This document shows positions 20,360 to 32,239 of a stretch of 64,000 nt of DNA, piece after piece. The stretch is from an uncultured Planctomycetota bacterium (GTDB lineage Bacteria > Planctomycetota > Planctomycetia > Isosphaerales > Isosphaeraceae): assembly GCA_963823665.1 (NCBI GenBank), contig CAWGMQ010000003.1, positions 448,001 to 512,000 of the forward strand. The letters are read 5' to 3'. Position 1 is the first letter of the stretch; each line of letters starts with the position of its first letter. Made by a program: the position numbers and the translations under genes. Below the pieces are notes generated by a model that ran no database searches, was not told where the DNA came from, and saw only the letters and a list, made by a program, of their open reading frames with translations.

Positions 20360-20373
20360 CCCGCCAAGTTCGC

Positions 20374-20443
20374 TCGTCGCCTTTCGCTCCGCGAAAGTGC
20401 GTTCGCCCTCGATCGTCGCCTTTCGCTCCGCGAAAGTGCGTTC
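20374..20443. repeat. Two identical 31-bp REP-like direct repeats with hairpin CTTTCGC-TCC-GCGAAAG
   Basis: tcgtcgcctttcgctccgcgaaagtgcgttc at 20374-20404 and 20413-20443. Confidence 0.9.
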
Positions 20444-20594
20444 CTCTCACGCCACAACGCTGATCACTCACCGCAGAATTGCCTGAGTTGCCGAGAGCGG
20501 ATCGATCCCCGCCCGCCCCAATCCGCTCTCGTCCAGCAACGGAATCTGCTAGAATAAGCCCCGGCGGGAGGCCGGAACGATCGCGGATAGCGGG

Positions 20595-21728
20595 ATGTCG
20601 ATCATGTATTTCAAGCAGATTCTCAACGAACGTTGTGGATGTGCCTCCTACGTTATTGCCTCGCGCAAAACGAGCGAGGCAGCCGTCGTCGACGCGGCCA
20701 TCGATACGGAACCTTACGATTCACTGCTGCGCGAGCGTAATTTCCGGCTGCGCTACGTCATCGACACCCACATCCATGCCGACCATTTTTCCGGCGCCCG
20801 CCGCCTGGCCGCCGCCCATGGTGCTGAGTTGTGCCTGCATGAGTCAGCGCGCACGGCTTACTCGTTCCGCGCACTCCACGACGCTCAGGAGCTGGAGCTC
20901 GGCCAGTTACGGCTCCGCGTGCTACACACCCCGGGGCATCGTCCCGAGCTGATCTCGTTGCTCATCGTGAATCCAACCCGCAGTCCCGAGCCCTCGATGG
21001 TTCTCACCGCGGATTCACTGCTGGTAGGCGATGTCGGCCGTCCTGACTTCGGCGGTGGAGACGCGACCGCTCAGTTCGATAGTTTGAGCCGGCTGCTCCG
21101 GCTTCCCGATTGGGTCGCGGTTTTCCCCGGTCATTTCGAGGGACCATGCGGGAAGGGAATGTGCGGCCGGCCCAGCACCACGATCGGCTTCGAACGGCTC
21201 TACAATTCGCTGGCCCGGCTTGATCGCGGAGAATTCGTAGCCCGCCTGGGACAAGGCCAGCCGCCGCGGCCCCTGAACATGACGGCCATCGAGGCGACCA
21301 ACCGCGGCCAAGCCGACATGGACTGGGCAATGCTCACCTCCAATGCTCCGGTTCACGAGGTCGACCAGACCGAACTGGATTCACGCCCGCCGGAAGCGGT
21401 GCTGCTCGACGTGCGAGAGCCGCAGGAGTTCGCGAGCGGACACGTGCCCGGAGCGCGTTGTCTGCCTCAGGCCGATCTTGCGACCCGACTGAGCGAAGTG
21501 CCGCGCGATCGTCCCATCTTCGTGATCTGCCAGGGCGGCTTTCGATCGCTCCGCGCAGCCCAGTTCCTCAATCAGATGGGCTTCAACGACGTGGTCAGCG
21601 TCAAGGGCGGCACCGAGGCCTGGCGGGCGGCGCAGAAAGCCCTCGCAACGGGCGAGACCGATCCGGAACCTCAGCCATTCATCGAATCAGAATGGGCCCA
21701 CGCCGGCGGATTGAGCTACGAGATTTGA
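20595..21728 (+). CDS. MBL-fold hydrolase plus rhodanese fusion (persulfide dioxygenase-like)
   Basis: THIHADH, HTPGH, GDVGRPD; LDVREPQEF, GHVPGA, ICQGGFRS. Confidence 0.9.
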   Translation: MSIMYFKQILNERCGCASYVIASRKTSEAAVVDAAIDTEPYDSLLRERNFRLRYVIDTHIHADHFSGARRLAAAHGAELCLHESARTAYSFRALHDAQELELGQLRLRVLHTPGHRPELISLLIVNPTRSPEPSMVLTADSLLVGDVGRPDFGGGDATAQFDSLSRLLRLPDWVAVFPGHFEGPCGKGMCGRPSTTIGFERLYNSLARLDRGEFVARLGQGQPPRPLNMTAIEATNRGQADMDWAMLTSNAPVHEVDQTELDSRPPEAVLLDVREPQEFASGHVPGARCLPQADLATRLSEVPRDRPIFVICQGGFRSLRAAQFLNQMGFNDVVSVKGGTEAWRAAQKALATGETDPEPQPFIESEWAHAGGLSYEI

Positions 21729-21739
21729 TCGCCAGCGTC

Positions 21740-23062
21740 TCATCTGTTCGTCGCTCCCTTGTAAACCCGCCCACTTTTCATCACGAATTTCACCCGCTGA
21801 AGCTCGGCGATGTCGGCGAGCGGATCGCCGTCGACGGCGACGATGTCGGCGAATTTGCCCGGCTCGATGGCCCCCAGGTCGTCCTTGGCCTGAAGCAGCT
21901 CGGCAGCGACGACGGTCGCCGACTGGATTGCCTGCATCGGCGTCATCCCGAACTGAACCATGTAAGAGAACTCCTTGGCCTGGTTCTCCGTCCAGGCATA
22001 CCCGCCTGCATCGGTCCCGTAGGCGATCTTGGCCCCCTTCTTGACAGCCAGACCAAATGCCTTTTTTTCCAGGCCGATCATCTCTTTCCAGATCGAGTTT
22101 CCGCCGGCGGCGCGACCTTCGGCCACGTAGACGGTCACGTAGATCGTCGGGCACCAGTACACGCCCTTCTCGACCATCAGGTCGATCGACTCCTCGTCGA
22201 ACCCATCACCGTGCTCGATCGTGTCGACCCCGGCTTTGAGGGCTGCCATGATCCCATCCTTGCCGATGGCATGAGCGGCCACCCTGCGGTCGAGCCGATG
22301 GGCCTCTCCGACCATCGCGCGCATCTCGTCCTCCGTGAAGTTGACCTTGCTGCGCAGCTTACCGCTCTCCAGGTAATACTTGCGGTCGCAGTAAAACTTG
22401 ATCCAATCCGCTCCGTACTTGACCTGCTCCCGGACCGCCTTGCGGATCTCGTCTGGTCCGTCGACGACCTGCACGCCCTCCGGCACTTTCAGCTCCCACG
22501 AATAGCCCAGCAGTGGATACATCCCGGTGGCGGAGAACGCCCTCGTCGATACGAACATGCGCGGACCAGGGATGACGCCACGCTCAATTGCGCGCTTCAC
22601 GTCCACGTCGGCGTACATCGCCCCCTCGGTCTCCAGATCGCGGATTGCCGTGAAGCCGTTGAAGAGTGCGGTCCGCGCGGCGACTGTGGCCCGGATGGTC
22701 CGGTATGGGATCGATTCCTTGAGCAGTTGCCGGTCGTAGTCGGCCTGCGTGATGTCACCCTGAAGCAAGACATGGGTGTGGCAGTCGATCAGACCCGGTA
22801 GAACGGCAGACTTCGACAGGTCGATGACAGCGGCGGAGTCTGGCGCCGATTTCTGTATCTCGTCCGCAGGGCCGACTGACTTGATTCGCTCGCCTTCGAC
22901 GAGGATTGCCTGGTCGTTGAGCACCCGCCCGGCACGGACATCGATTAGTCGACCGGCCTTTATGACCGTGGCCTTCGGCGGCCTGCCGCCTTCCTGGGCC
23001 AGGGCGACGCCGCTGGCGGTCACGATCACGGGAACGAGCAAGGCAAGAGTTGTTCGTCGCAT
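21740..23062 (-). CDS. Secreted metal-dependent amidohydrolase (Xaa-Pro dipeptidase-like)
   Basis: Signal peptide, LPGLIDCHTH, GADWIK, AAHA, TIEHG, YGTDAG, GKFADIVAVDGDPL. Confidence 0.92.
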   Translation of the reverse strand: MRRTTLALLVPVIVTASGVALAQEGGRPPKATVIKAGRLIDVRAGRVLNDQAILVEGERIKSVGPADEIQKSAPDSAAVIDLSKSAVLPGLIDCHTHVLLQGDITQADYDRQLLKESIPYRTIRATVAARTALFNGFTAIRDLETEGAMYADVDVKRAIERGVIPGPRMFVSTRAFSATGMYPLLGYSWELKVPEGVQVVDGPDEIRKAVREQVKYGADWIKFYCDRKYYLESGKLRSKVNFTEDEMRAMVGEAHRLDRRVAAHAIGKDGIMAALKAGVDTIEHGDGFDEESIDLMVEKGVYWCPTIYVTVYVAEGRAAGGNSIWKEMIGLEKKAFGLAVKKGAKIAYGTDAGGYAWTENQAKEFSYMVQFGMTPMQAIQSATVVAAELLQAKDDLGAIEPGKFADIVAVDGDPLADIAELQRVKFVMKSGRVYKGATNR

Positions 23063-23182
23063 GGCGTGTGCTCCGGTGGGATATCGATGGCGATTTGAAA
23101 CTCGCTGAAGACCCGGTTGGGCCGTCTGGCACATGTCGGTAGGACGATTTCCATCGCCCATCTCCCGCGTAACCGCCGGCCG

Positions 23183-26100
23183 TCACCGGGGCGCGCCATT
23201 CTCGTTTAACTCGATCGTCCGGGCGATCCGGAACCCGAACTGGTTGTACTGCAGATCAGGCGACGTCGTCATACAGTAGTTTGAGCTGAAATCCTGCGGC
23301 AGCGCTTTGAACCCCCCTCCCGAGGTGAACACATGCTTGTTCGCATCAGGAGTGTCGGCGTTCCATTCCGACACGTTCCCGTACATATCGAATAATCCGA
23401 AATCGTTGGGCATCAACCGGCCGACCGGCTCGAGCCGGGGCTCTGTGCCCTTGTGAGCGAGCCAAACGTAGTGGTGCAGGAAATCGTCGTTGTTGTCGTT
23501 GCCGTAGTATCTCCGGGTCACGGTCTCCGCGCGGCAGGCGAATTCCCACTCCTCGCGGGTGGGCAACCGGTATCCCGTCCTGGTCAAGTTCGGGGTGGCC
23601 TCCGCGTACGCAAGCCGTTCGTTGCCGCGGCCGTAGCACGACTTTGACCCGTCCATCATTTCTCGTTTGTTCAGCCATTCGCAGTAGTCGATCGCCCTGG
23701 GCCAGGTGACAACTCCGATCGGGCAGGTCGGCCCCGACGAGTTTTCCTTGTTGTACCAGTGCGCCGGGTCGAACCGCAGCATCTGTTCGATCGTGGTCTC
23801 CTTGTCGGCGATCGCAAAGACGCGTTTGATCCGGGGATCGTGGCGCGCGTCGATGATGACCATGGTGTGCCCCTCGCGGGTCACGAACCACCGACCGGGC
23901 GCGGACTTTCGGATCGCAGTCGCGGCCGAATCTACAGGCGCTCAAACGTGCGTCGGCGCCGAGCTTCGTGAGAAGCCACTCCGCCGCCCCATGGACGCCG
24001 GCGTCTTCATGGCAGAGAAACCGCGCCTGGATCAGTGGCGACGAGGGAGACCCGGGCGCCGCTGCGTCGAGCGCGCGATGCTGACCGATCGCGAAGAGAA
24101 GGCCACGGATGCGAGATGGGTCGTCATCCACCTTGAGCCGGGCGATCAGCGTCGCCAGAGGCAGCCCGTACCTGGCGCCGTGGTAGATGACAAAAGTGCG
24201 TGCGCGCGGGTCGGGCTCATTCCGGTAAATGTCCCATGCGCCCACTCCCTCGCCGAGCCTGAGCAAGCAGATCGCCGCGCAGGGCGCGGCGGGCGGTCGC
24301 TTCATCGTCGATGAGCGGCGTTCCGGCGGCCGGCGGCCCGGCCGCGGCCCGGAGCTCGGGCACGATATTCGACCGGTGCCTCTCCAGGAGCGGATAGATC
24401 TTGAGGAACTGATGGTCGTCGGCCTCGAGTGCAAGCTCGCATACGACATCGGGATCGTCGCGCACCAGATCGATCAAGAGGTTTGTCGCGGTCTGAAGCC
24501 GGCGATCGCCGCGGCGGACGAAGTGCTCCTTCAGCTTCCCGATCAGCACACCCCGGATCGGCCGGAGTGCGTCGAGCGTTGTCGCGTACGCCGCAGGGTT
24601 GGCGTCGCGCATCGTCACCAGCTCGTCGGCGACCGGCCCGGCGATCTCGCCCCATGCCGAAGTCCCGTGCCGGCAGTCAAGCTCATCAGGAGGGTCGAAC
24701 AGGCAGAGCGCCAGCGCCGCTTGAAGGCGATCGCGGGCCGGGCGACGCGAGTCGCGCGCAATCTGCCACAGGCCCGGCGTGATCGCTTTACGGTGGGCAA
24801 AGAGCGCCTCGCGGATCGTCAACGAGGTGAGCGGCTCCTCGGCGAGCATTCGACCGAGCAGGTAGTCGACCTGGCCCGGATCGTGGTGGGCGAGTGCAAG
24901 GCTGCAACGGAGCCTCGAACGCGGGTCACTCTGCCCCTCGGCCGCCTCTCGCCTGAGTATGGGAACGGCCCAGGAATGGAACGGCTCGATGTCGTGCGTG
25001 ATCTGCGAGACCTGGCCGATGTCGGCGCTTTCGAGGCGCTCGACCAGCGATCGGGCCTTGAGCTCCGCGAACCCCCACGCACCGGCGAGACCCACGATCG
25101 CTGCGAGCACTCCGACAAGAAGGGCGCCCCAAGCGTGACGCGCCGCGGCGGCCCGCATCATCGCCTGTACCTCGGCCGACCATCGCCTTCGGTCGGTGAG
25201 CAGCCGGAGGGCGGCCCATTCCAGCGCCGAGGGAAGGAACTTGCCCTTGTGCCGCTCGCACCAGATCGAGGCAAATTCCTGGAGCCTGAGCTCTGCCCGG
25301 CCGCGCAGCGACTTTTGCTGGTCCTGAAACAGCCAGGCACGAAGGTCGGGGATGAGATAGTCGTGCGTGAGCTGGTAATACTGCGGCCCCTCTTCCGGGG
25401 CGGGAACGTCGTTTTCCAGCCGACCGAAAAGCGGGTCGGCCGGAGTGACGAGCCGAAGCTCATGGTCGAGGATCCACATCAGCTCCTGGAATTCACGAGG
25501 CTGGGCCGAGTAGCCCGGAAGCATCCAGAAGCGCCTGCCGCGACGAGACGTGCCCCTTGATCAAGACCGCTCCCTCGGGCAGGAGCCGCGAGAGCACCGC
25601 CTGGGCGGCGCGGCGATGCAGCCGATTCTGCGGCGGCGCCTCGGGAGACGAGAACGCCTCGTCGAGTATCGTGGCACCGATCGTCCGGGCCCCGCCCAGC
25701 TCGGCCAGGGTGGCGGGAGTCCAGGGCCTGGATCGCAGCAGTTGCGCCAGCAGCACAAGGCGAACGCAAACGACCCGCCCGTCCTGCGACAGCGCCGCGA
25801 CGGCCCGATCGACGAACTCTCGATGCTCGGGCAAGAGCGCGGCGGGATCGGCCGGCAGCCGGCCGTGCACCCGCCCGAGCGAGGTCAGAACCTTCCGCGA
25901 GTGTTCGAGGTCGAAGAGGTCGACGGCGGCCGCGTTCCAGCCGTCGAGCAGGCGGAGCTCCAGACCCCGGAAGAACCGCGTGAGGTCCATCCAGAAGTCG
26001 TCGCGCACCAGAAGCAGGGCCTGGAGTGCGCTCGCCGTCGCACTGCCGCAGCGTGTCTTCCAGCGCGCGCCGGCCCCGGCCCGTTCGCCCGAAGAGCCAT

Positions 26101-27746
26101 TGCTCGAACTGGTCCAGCACGATCAGGACCTTCTGCGGCCCCGCTGCGTTTCGACCCTGACGCAGCTCCCTGAGAAGTCCGGCTGCGTCTTCGTGCGCCT
26201 GCGAGAGCCGGAAACCGGCTGCGCAAGCCGCGCAGCAGCCGCTCCTCGGTCCCCTCCATCGTCGACTCGACGTAGACGCAGCAAACCGATTCGGCCAGCC
26301 GCGGGATCAACCCGGCGCGAACGAGTGAAGACTTACCGCTGCCGGTCGGCCCGTAGATGACGCCGACCGGGAAGGCCTCGGCGTCACCGCCCGCTTCGAT
26401 ACGCCGCTTCCAGAAGCCGATGCACTCCGGCAGGCCGTCGCGTCCGCGCGGGCCCGGCACCAGCTCGAGGAACGTGTCGGAGTCGACATCCTCGTAAGGA
26501 CGAAGCCCGCGCGAGACGAGCGATCGCCCCGGCGAGCCGTCGCGGACCGACGCGACGTCCACGGCCTCGCCCAACGCCAGCCAGTGCCTCAGGTCCGCCG
26601 CCAGCTCCGCCGCCGTTTCGTAGCGGTCGTCAATGCGCTTGGCCATCGCCTTCTGGCAGATTCGCTCGAGCTCCGGCGGGATCGTGGAATCGAGGGCACG
26701 AAGAGGCGGCGGCGTGTGCTCCTGGATCTGCGTCCAGCGTCTCCTGGAGAGTCGAACAGCGGAACGGGTGGCGTGCCGGTCAGAGCCTCGTAGAGGACCA
26801 CACCCAGGCTGAAGATATCCGAGCGTCCGTCGACGCGGTGGCCTTCCCCGCGCGCCTGCTCGGGGCTGGCGTACGCCGGCGTGCCGTAGAATCCGCGCAC
26901 CGCCTCCAGGTCTTGCTCCCGCCGCGCCAGGCCGAAGTCGGCAACATACAGGTGCCCGGCCCGGTCGAGCAGGATGTTGGCTGGCTTCACGTCACGATGG
27001 ATCACCGAAAGGGCGTGTGCGAAATTCAGGGCCTCCGCGGCCGTCGCGATCCAGCCGGCCACGACCACGGGCGCCGGCCGATCGTCGCGCAGCCGCCGAT
27101 CCAGGCTGCATCCGTCGATGTACTTCGAGACGATGTAGCATCGGCCGTCGTTCATCCGCCCGATGTCGTAGACCGGGACGATCGCTCCGTGATCGAGGCC
27201 CGCCAGAATCCGCGCCTCGTAGACAAAATCCTCGAACTCCTCGGGATCGGCGATCCGGGAGGAATACGGAATCTTGATCGCAACCCGCCGGTTCAACTCG
27301 CTGTCATACGCCAGAAAGATCTCACCAAACGTGCCTTTCCCGAGCCGCCGCTCGGTGCGATATCGGCCGATGGTCGTGGACTCGCCCGTGCCGTCGACCA
27401 TCGTTACAAAGGCGCCGGGCCGCGTATCATCGAGATCGGCGGTCTCGCCAAGCCCGAGCCCAGACGAGTCGCCTGAACCTGGATCTGCGTCCTCCGGGAG
27501 CCGCCGGGGCCGGCGGTCGTCGTTGAGCGGCTCGGTTGCTTCCGGCGGAGGCGAGATCTCTCGACCGTCCAGATCGGCCGCCTCGATGCGCTTCGTGGCC
27601 AAGTCGTCCCGCTCACCCTCGCTGTCGGCGACCGTCGCGGGAACACTCGCAGCCGGCACGCCTGCGCCGCCTGTGCGACCGCGGTGTGAATGGCGCGCGG
27701 ACAGCGCGTCGGTCGCGTCCAGGTCGTTCCGCCGGGTTCGGTCCAT
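23183..27746 (-). pseudogene. Second kinase - STAND - FGE-sulfatase gene, broken by about six frameshifts (real or assembly error)
   Basis: HRDVKPAN, GPTGSGKSS, LDQFEQ, RDDFW, YQLTHDYL, RLPTREEWEF and GFRIART are spread over seven overlapping ORFs, colinear with 14697-19778. Confidence 0.8.
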
Positions 27747-27975
27747 CCCGTCCCCCCATCGTGCACCTCTAACATCGCCCCTGCCAGCGAGCCGGGAAAC
27801 TCTGCACGGGCCTGCCGCCCCCACTCGGGCTCCATTCCGCCGATGGTTTGCACCACGCATCATACCGTGCGCCGGAGTGCGCTCACAAGCGCTCGCCGAG
27901 GGCCCGGTCGATTGCTTAAACTGGGATCAGCCGGTCGCGAGCGCAGCCATCGTCTTTTCCGTCGGGAGCAGTCGC

Positions 27976-30249
27976 GTGCTCAAGCAAATCCAAAGATCAC
28001 TGGCTAGTCCACGGAAGCGGGCTCGATGGGAATGTGCCCTGTCTGCGGCCGTGTCGGTCGTCGTGCTGGGCACGACGGCAGTGCAACTGCCGGCCGACGG
28101 TGCGACGGACCAGTCGAGCGAAACGGCCGGAGCCAATGCAAGTCAGTCGCCCCTTCCACCCCGCGCGATATCGCGGATCGGCACCGACGATCTGCGCATT
28201 CGGAACTCCTTCATCACGCGCATCGCGTTCTCGCCGGACGGACTGCTGATCGCGGCCGCCGAGGCGAATGCCCCCGTGCCGAGAGTCAGCCTCTTCGACG
28301 CGCGGACCGGGCGCTTGGCTCGATGGATCAGTCCACCAGATCGACCCCACGGATGGGTTCAATGCGTCGCATTCTCGCCCGATGGCACGAAACTGGCCTG
28401 GGGCGAGGTCATGGGCGAGGTCGCGGTCTGGGATATGATTCACGATCGCCTGGCATTCCGCCAGAAATACCATGGACATAGCGTGAGCGACGTCGCCTTC
28501 TCGCCCGACGGTCGCATCCTGGCCACTGGCGGCGAAGACGGCCTGGTGCGCTTGCTCCGAGCGGCGGACCCGCGAGAAACTGTTCAGACACTCGCGACCG
28601 GCGAGCAGACGCCCGTGCGCCGGGACTTTACCGGTCTGCCCGCAGGAGGTTTCCCCGTGGGCCCTCCCCATCTGGCCTTCACGCCTGATGGAGCCCGGCT
28701 GATCGTCGGGTCCGGCTCGAGCGCGACGATCTCGGTCTGGCGCATGAAGGATGGTCAGCTCGAGCGGCGGATCGAGGACACGCACGGTAACTCCGCGGCG
28801 GTAAATCCGAGCTTGGCCTCCGTTGCGGTGACACCGGATGGCCGATCGATCCTTTCGGCCGGACAGAGCACTGTCCCGATCACTCAGACGAACCTGAAGT
28901 TTGGCCCGAGGAACGTCACCTTGTCCGAGGTCCGGCTCTGGGATCTCGAGACCGGCAAACGCGTGAAAGACTTGCAGGGTAAAGACAATCCAGGCCGGGG
29001 ATACGTGTCCCTTTCGCGCGACGGCAGGCTCGTGGCGGTGGGCGACTTCGGGCTGCTGCGCATCATCGACGCCTCGACAGGCAATATCGAGCAAACGATA
29101 TCCTTGCCCGGATCTTGGGGTCATCAGCCGGCCTTTTCTCCCGATGGGACCATCGTGGCGATGGCGATTGAGAACGGACTCGGCATCTTCGACGTGCAGA
29201 CTGGCCGGCGACTGCACCACGACGACCGGACCCCCGAAGGCGAGCTCAAGTATGCCGCGTGGTCGGCGACCGGAGACCGGATCGTCACCGGCCACGGCGA
29301 TGGCGAGATTCGGGTATGGGAGGCCACCACCGGCAAGCTCCTCTGGCATAAGCTGCTCGCGCCGGCCATCGGTCTCCATGGCTCGAATGCCGGACCGGCG
29401 TTCGTGGCATTCTCACAAGATGGCCGGCGCGTCGTCGTGGCAGGACGGCGAGATGATCCCGTCAAGTACAACGGCGGCATCGTCGCGGTCTACGAAGCGG
29501 CCACCGGAACTCTGGAGCGCGAGGCCGATTGCCAGGCCGTCCGCTGGGCAGCTCTGGCGCCCGACGGACGAATGGTCGTCGTGGCTACCTCCCACGGGGC
29601 CTGGGACGATGCGCACTTCGTCGGGATCGAGGTGGAGACGGGCCGGACGCGGTGGACCAATCCCCCCGCCGAAGAACCGGCCGGCTTCGTGCAACTGGCC
29701 GGGATGCAGTTCCCGTCTGGTTCGCCCTTCCTGGAAGTGGCCATGAGAGACGGCAACGTGGTCCGCTTCAACGCACTGACCGGACGCGAGCAGCGCCGAT
29801 TCCTCGCGGACGGGCGCACTCCCGACAAACAAGGAGCCGCCCGGTCGAGGAGTGCCGACATGTTCACTGCCGCGTTCAGCTCCGATGGGCGCACGATGGT
29901 CTCGTCTTCCGGCGAATCGGTCTGCGTGTGGGACGTCGAGGCCGGGACGCTCCGGCGCAGAATCCGCCAGAGCGGCACGGATGCCTGCTTCCTCGCCCTG
30001 GCACCCGATGGCAAGACCGTGGCGACTTCGGAGCTCACGTACGGGGGAAAGATCGGCGACGACAGAATTCGCCTGTACGACGTCGAGAGCGGCGAGCCGG
30101 TGCTCACGCTCGAACCCGTCGACGACCGAGCACACGTGCTGTCATTCTCGCCCGACGGGACCAAACTCCTCACGGGATTCGCGCGCGGCTCGGTCATCGT
30201 TTGGGACGTGCGACGTGGCCAAGCGGCGGCGAAACCGAGTGCGCGATAA
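27976..30249 (+). CDS. WD40-repeat beta-propeller protein, probably exported
   Basis: Repeated AFSPDG and WD motifs; GTG start after GGGAG; hydrophobic N-terminal stretch. Confidence 0.88.
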   Translation: MLKQIQRSLASPRKRARWECALSAAVSVVVLGTTAVQLPADGATDQSSETAGANASQSPLPPRAISRIGTDDLRIRNSFITRIAFSPDGLLIAAAEANAPVPRVSLFDARTGRLARWISPPDRPHGWVQCVAFSPDGTKLAWGEVMGEVAVWDMIHDRLAFRQKYHGHSVSDVAFSPDGRILATGGEDGLVRLLRAADPRETVQTLATGEQTPVRRDFTGLPAGGFPVGPPHLAFTPDGARLIVGSGSSATISVWRMKDGQLERRIEDTHGNSAAVNPSLASVAVTPDGRSILSAGQSTVPITQTNLKFGPRNVTLSEVRLWDLETGKRVKDLQGKDNPGRGYVSLSRDGRLVAVGDFGLLRIIDASTGNIEQTISLPGSWGHQPAFSPDGTIVAMAIENGLGIFDVQTGRRLHHDDRTPEGELKYAAWSATGDRIVTGHGDGEIRVWEATTGKLLWHKLLAPAIGLHGSNAGPAFVAFSQDGRRVVVAGRRDDPVKYNGGIVAVYEAATGTLEREADCQAVRWAALAPDGRMVVVATSHGAWDDAHFVGIEVETGRTRWTNPPAEEPAGFVQLAGMQFPSGSPFLEVAMRDGNVVRFNALTGREQRRFLADGRTPDKQGAARSRSADMFTAAFSSDGRTMVSSSGESVCVWDVEAGTLRRRIRQSGTDACFLALAPDGKTVATSELTYGGKIGDDRIRLYDVESGEPVLTLEPVDDRAHVLSFSPDGTKLLTGFARGSVIVWDVRRGQAAAKPSAR

Positions 30250-30388
30250 TGAAGGGGATTTTAGAATTCCTCACCACCCGAGGGAGGGGCCGGCCGTTAT
30301 AATCGCCCATCATGATAGGCCGTCCCACAGGCGCGGATCGAGTCAAGTCTCGCGGGGATCACTCTCACTCATATCGAGGGTCTCACAC

Positions 30389-31516
30389 ATGCAATGGACT
30401 CATACGCGGCGAGAATTTCTGGCGCGAGCGGTCGGGGCGAACGTCGCGATGTTGCTCGCGCCGGAATGGCTCCGGGCGCACACCGAGCAGGAGGATCCGA
30501 GGGTCGCGGAGGTCCTGTCGGGCACCATCGGCATCGACATGCACAACCATGTCACACCCGGGGGCGCAAGGCCAGAGCAGGGTCGGAAGGACCAAAAAGA
30601 TCAGCAGAAGTCACAGCCCAACCTTGACCTGGCCGACGAGATCAAGCGTTCGGGGTTGACGGCCGTCTGCGCGGCCTTCCGCCTCGATTTCAATGCCCGC
30701 GAGCCTTACGCCAGGTTCACGCAAGGGCTCACCGCAATCGACGGCCTGATGGGGAAGGATGGCCTGACTCGCGCCATGAACCTGAAAGACCTCCAGGTCG
30801 CACACGACAAGGGCCAGCCGGCCATCGTCCAGTCGATCGAAGGGGCGCATTTCCTTGAAGGACACCTCGAGCGGGTGGAAGAGGTGTACAAGCGCGGGCT
30901 CCGGCACCTCCAGTTGCTGCACGATAAAGGCGATAAGGTCAAGCCGCTCGGCGACATCTACACCGAGCCCCCCACCCTGGGCGGCCTGACCCCCTTCGGC
31001 GCGGACGTCATCAAGGAGTGCAACCGGCTGGGCATCGTCGTCGACCTCGCCCACGCCAGCCACGAGACCGTGCTCGGCGCGCTGAAGGTTTCCACGCAGC
31101 CGGTGATCGTCTCCCACACCAGCCTCGACACACGGGCCGGCAAGAACCCCCGGATGGCGAAAATGATGGCCCCGCGGCTGATCAGCAAGGACCACGCCCG
31201 CGTGGTCGCGGACTCAGGCGGCGTGATCGGCGTGTGGACCAAGCTGTCCGACTCGATGAGCGAGTTCGTCGGGGGCATCAAGGCATTGGTGGACGACATC
31301 GGCATCGACCACGTCGGCATCGGCAGCGACACTGACATCCTGTCCTCCCGGCCCGGCCAATCCACCAACGCCGCTTGGTCCGGCCTCTCCGGCGGTTTCT
31401 TCAAGGCGGCCGTCGCGGAGATGCTCCGCCAGGGCTTCACGCCCGCCGAGATCGGCAAGGTCGGCGGCGGAAACTTTTGCCGGGTGTTCGACAAGGTGAC
31501 GACCGGCCACGCCTGA
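30389..31516 (+). CDS. Membrane dipeptidase (M19), Tat-exported
   Basis: TRREFL, IDMHNH, SIEG, GLTPFG, DLAH, SHT, DHVGIGSD, GGNF. Confidence 0.9.
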   Translation: MQWTHTRREFLARAVGANVAMLLAPEWLRAHTEQEDPRVAEVLSGTIGIDMHNHVTPGGARPEQGRKDQKDQQKSQPNLDLADEIKRSGLTAVCAAFRLDFNAREPYARFTQGLTAIDGLMGKDGLTRAMNLKDLQVAHDKGQPAIVQSIEGAHFLEGHLERVEEVYKRGLRHLQLLHDKGDKVKPLGDIYTEPPTLGGLTPFGADVIKECNRLGIVVDLAHASHETVLGALKVSTQPVIVSHTSLDTRAGKNPRMAKMMAPRLISKDHARVVADSGGVIGVWTKLSDSMSEFVGGIKALVDDIGIDHVGIGSDTDILSSRPGQSTNAAWSGLSGGFFKAAVAEMLRQGFTPAEIGKVGGGNFCRVFDKVTTGHA

Positions 31517-31557
31517 GGCGCCGTGGGGAACGGTGGCTGGAACCTTTTCCGCGCCGG

Positions 31558-31971
31558 TCACTTCACTTTCGACACGGGTTGGTCGGGGTGAGCGGGGTTC
31601 GCCACGAGCCGGCGGTTGGCACAATCCGCCAAGAAATCGAGCTTCTCCAGCACGGTCTGGCCGATTAGCACCTCGTCACCGAGCACCAAAGCTTCTTCGA
31701 GCGTGTCTCGCCCCATAATCGCGAAAACGATTGGCTCGGTTACGGCAACAACCTCGGTCCGCCCATCGGCATACTCGGCGACCCGGTTGCCGCGAGACAT
31801 GAGGCCGAGAGCCTCCATAACGTGCGCGGGAATGATTGACCGTACCGCGCCGGTATCGACCATGGCATCCGCCTCGTAGCGTCTGACTGCCGACTTCTTC
31901 AGCTTCTTCCGACGATAAAGCGCTTCGTCAACGGAATTGGTGAGCAGCACTTTAACTCGGATTTCGCCCAT
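31558..31971 (-). CDS. Clan AA aspartic protease
   Basis: VDTGA, YADG and VLIGQTVLEKLD motifs. Confidence 0.88.
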   Translation of the reverse strand: MGEIRVKVLLTNSVDEALYRRKKLKKSAVRRYEADAMVDTGAVRSIIPAHVMEALGLMSRGNRVAEYADGRTEVVAVTEPIVFAIMGRDTLEEALVLGDEVLIGQTVLEKLDFLADCANRRLVANPAHPDQPVSKVK

Positions 31972-32239
31972 GCAATACTCGGTTTCCGTTTCAGAGGTTT
32001 CGTGGTTATTCTACCAAGGATGAAGCGTCGGTTATATAGCGGGCGTCGTCGACCGCGACGGATCAAATCCACGTCGAGGTGGCGTACGTGACCGCGTCCA
32101 CACGGAAGAGCCCGGTGGTCCAGACCATCCGCAGCGCGACTGAACGCGTGCGGGAGGGTCGAATGTTGCGATTCATTCTGTTAGTGTGATGTGAGCTCAT
32201 CGACTCGGGCAGCCGAGCGAAAGCTCATAGGTCTCTGCA

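Noticed and set aside
19640..23350. Diversity-generating retroelement targeting the FGE domains
   Set aside because: No reverse transcriptase and no adenine-variant template repeat seen in the window.
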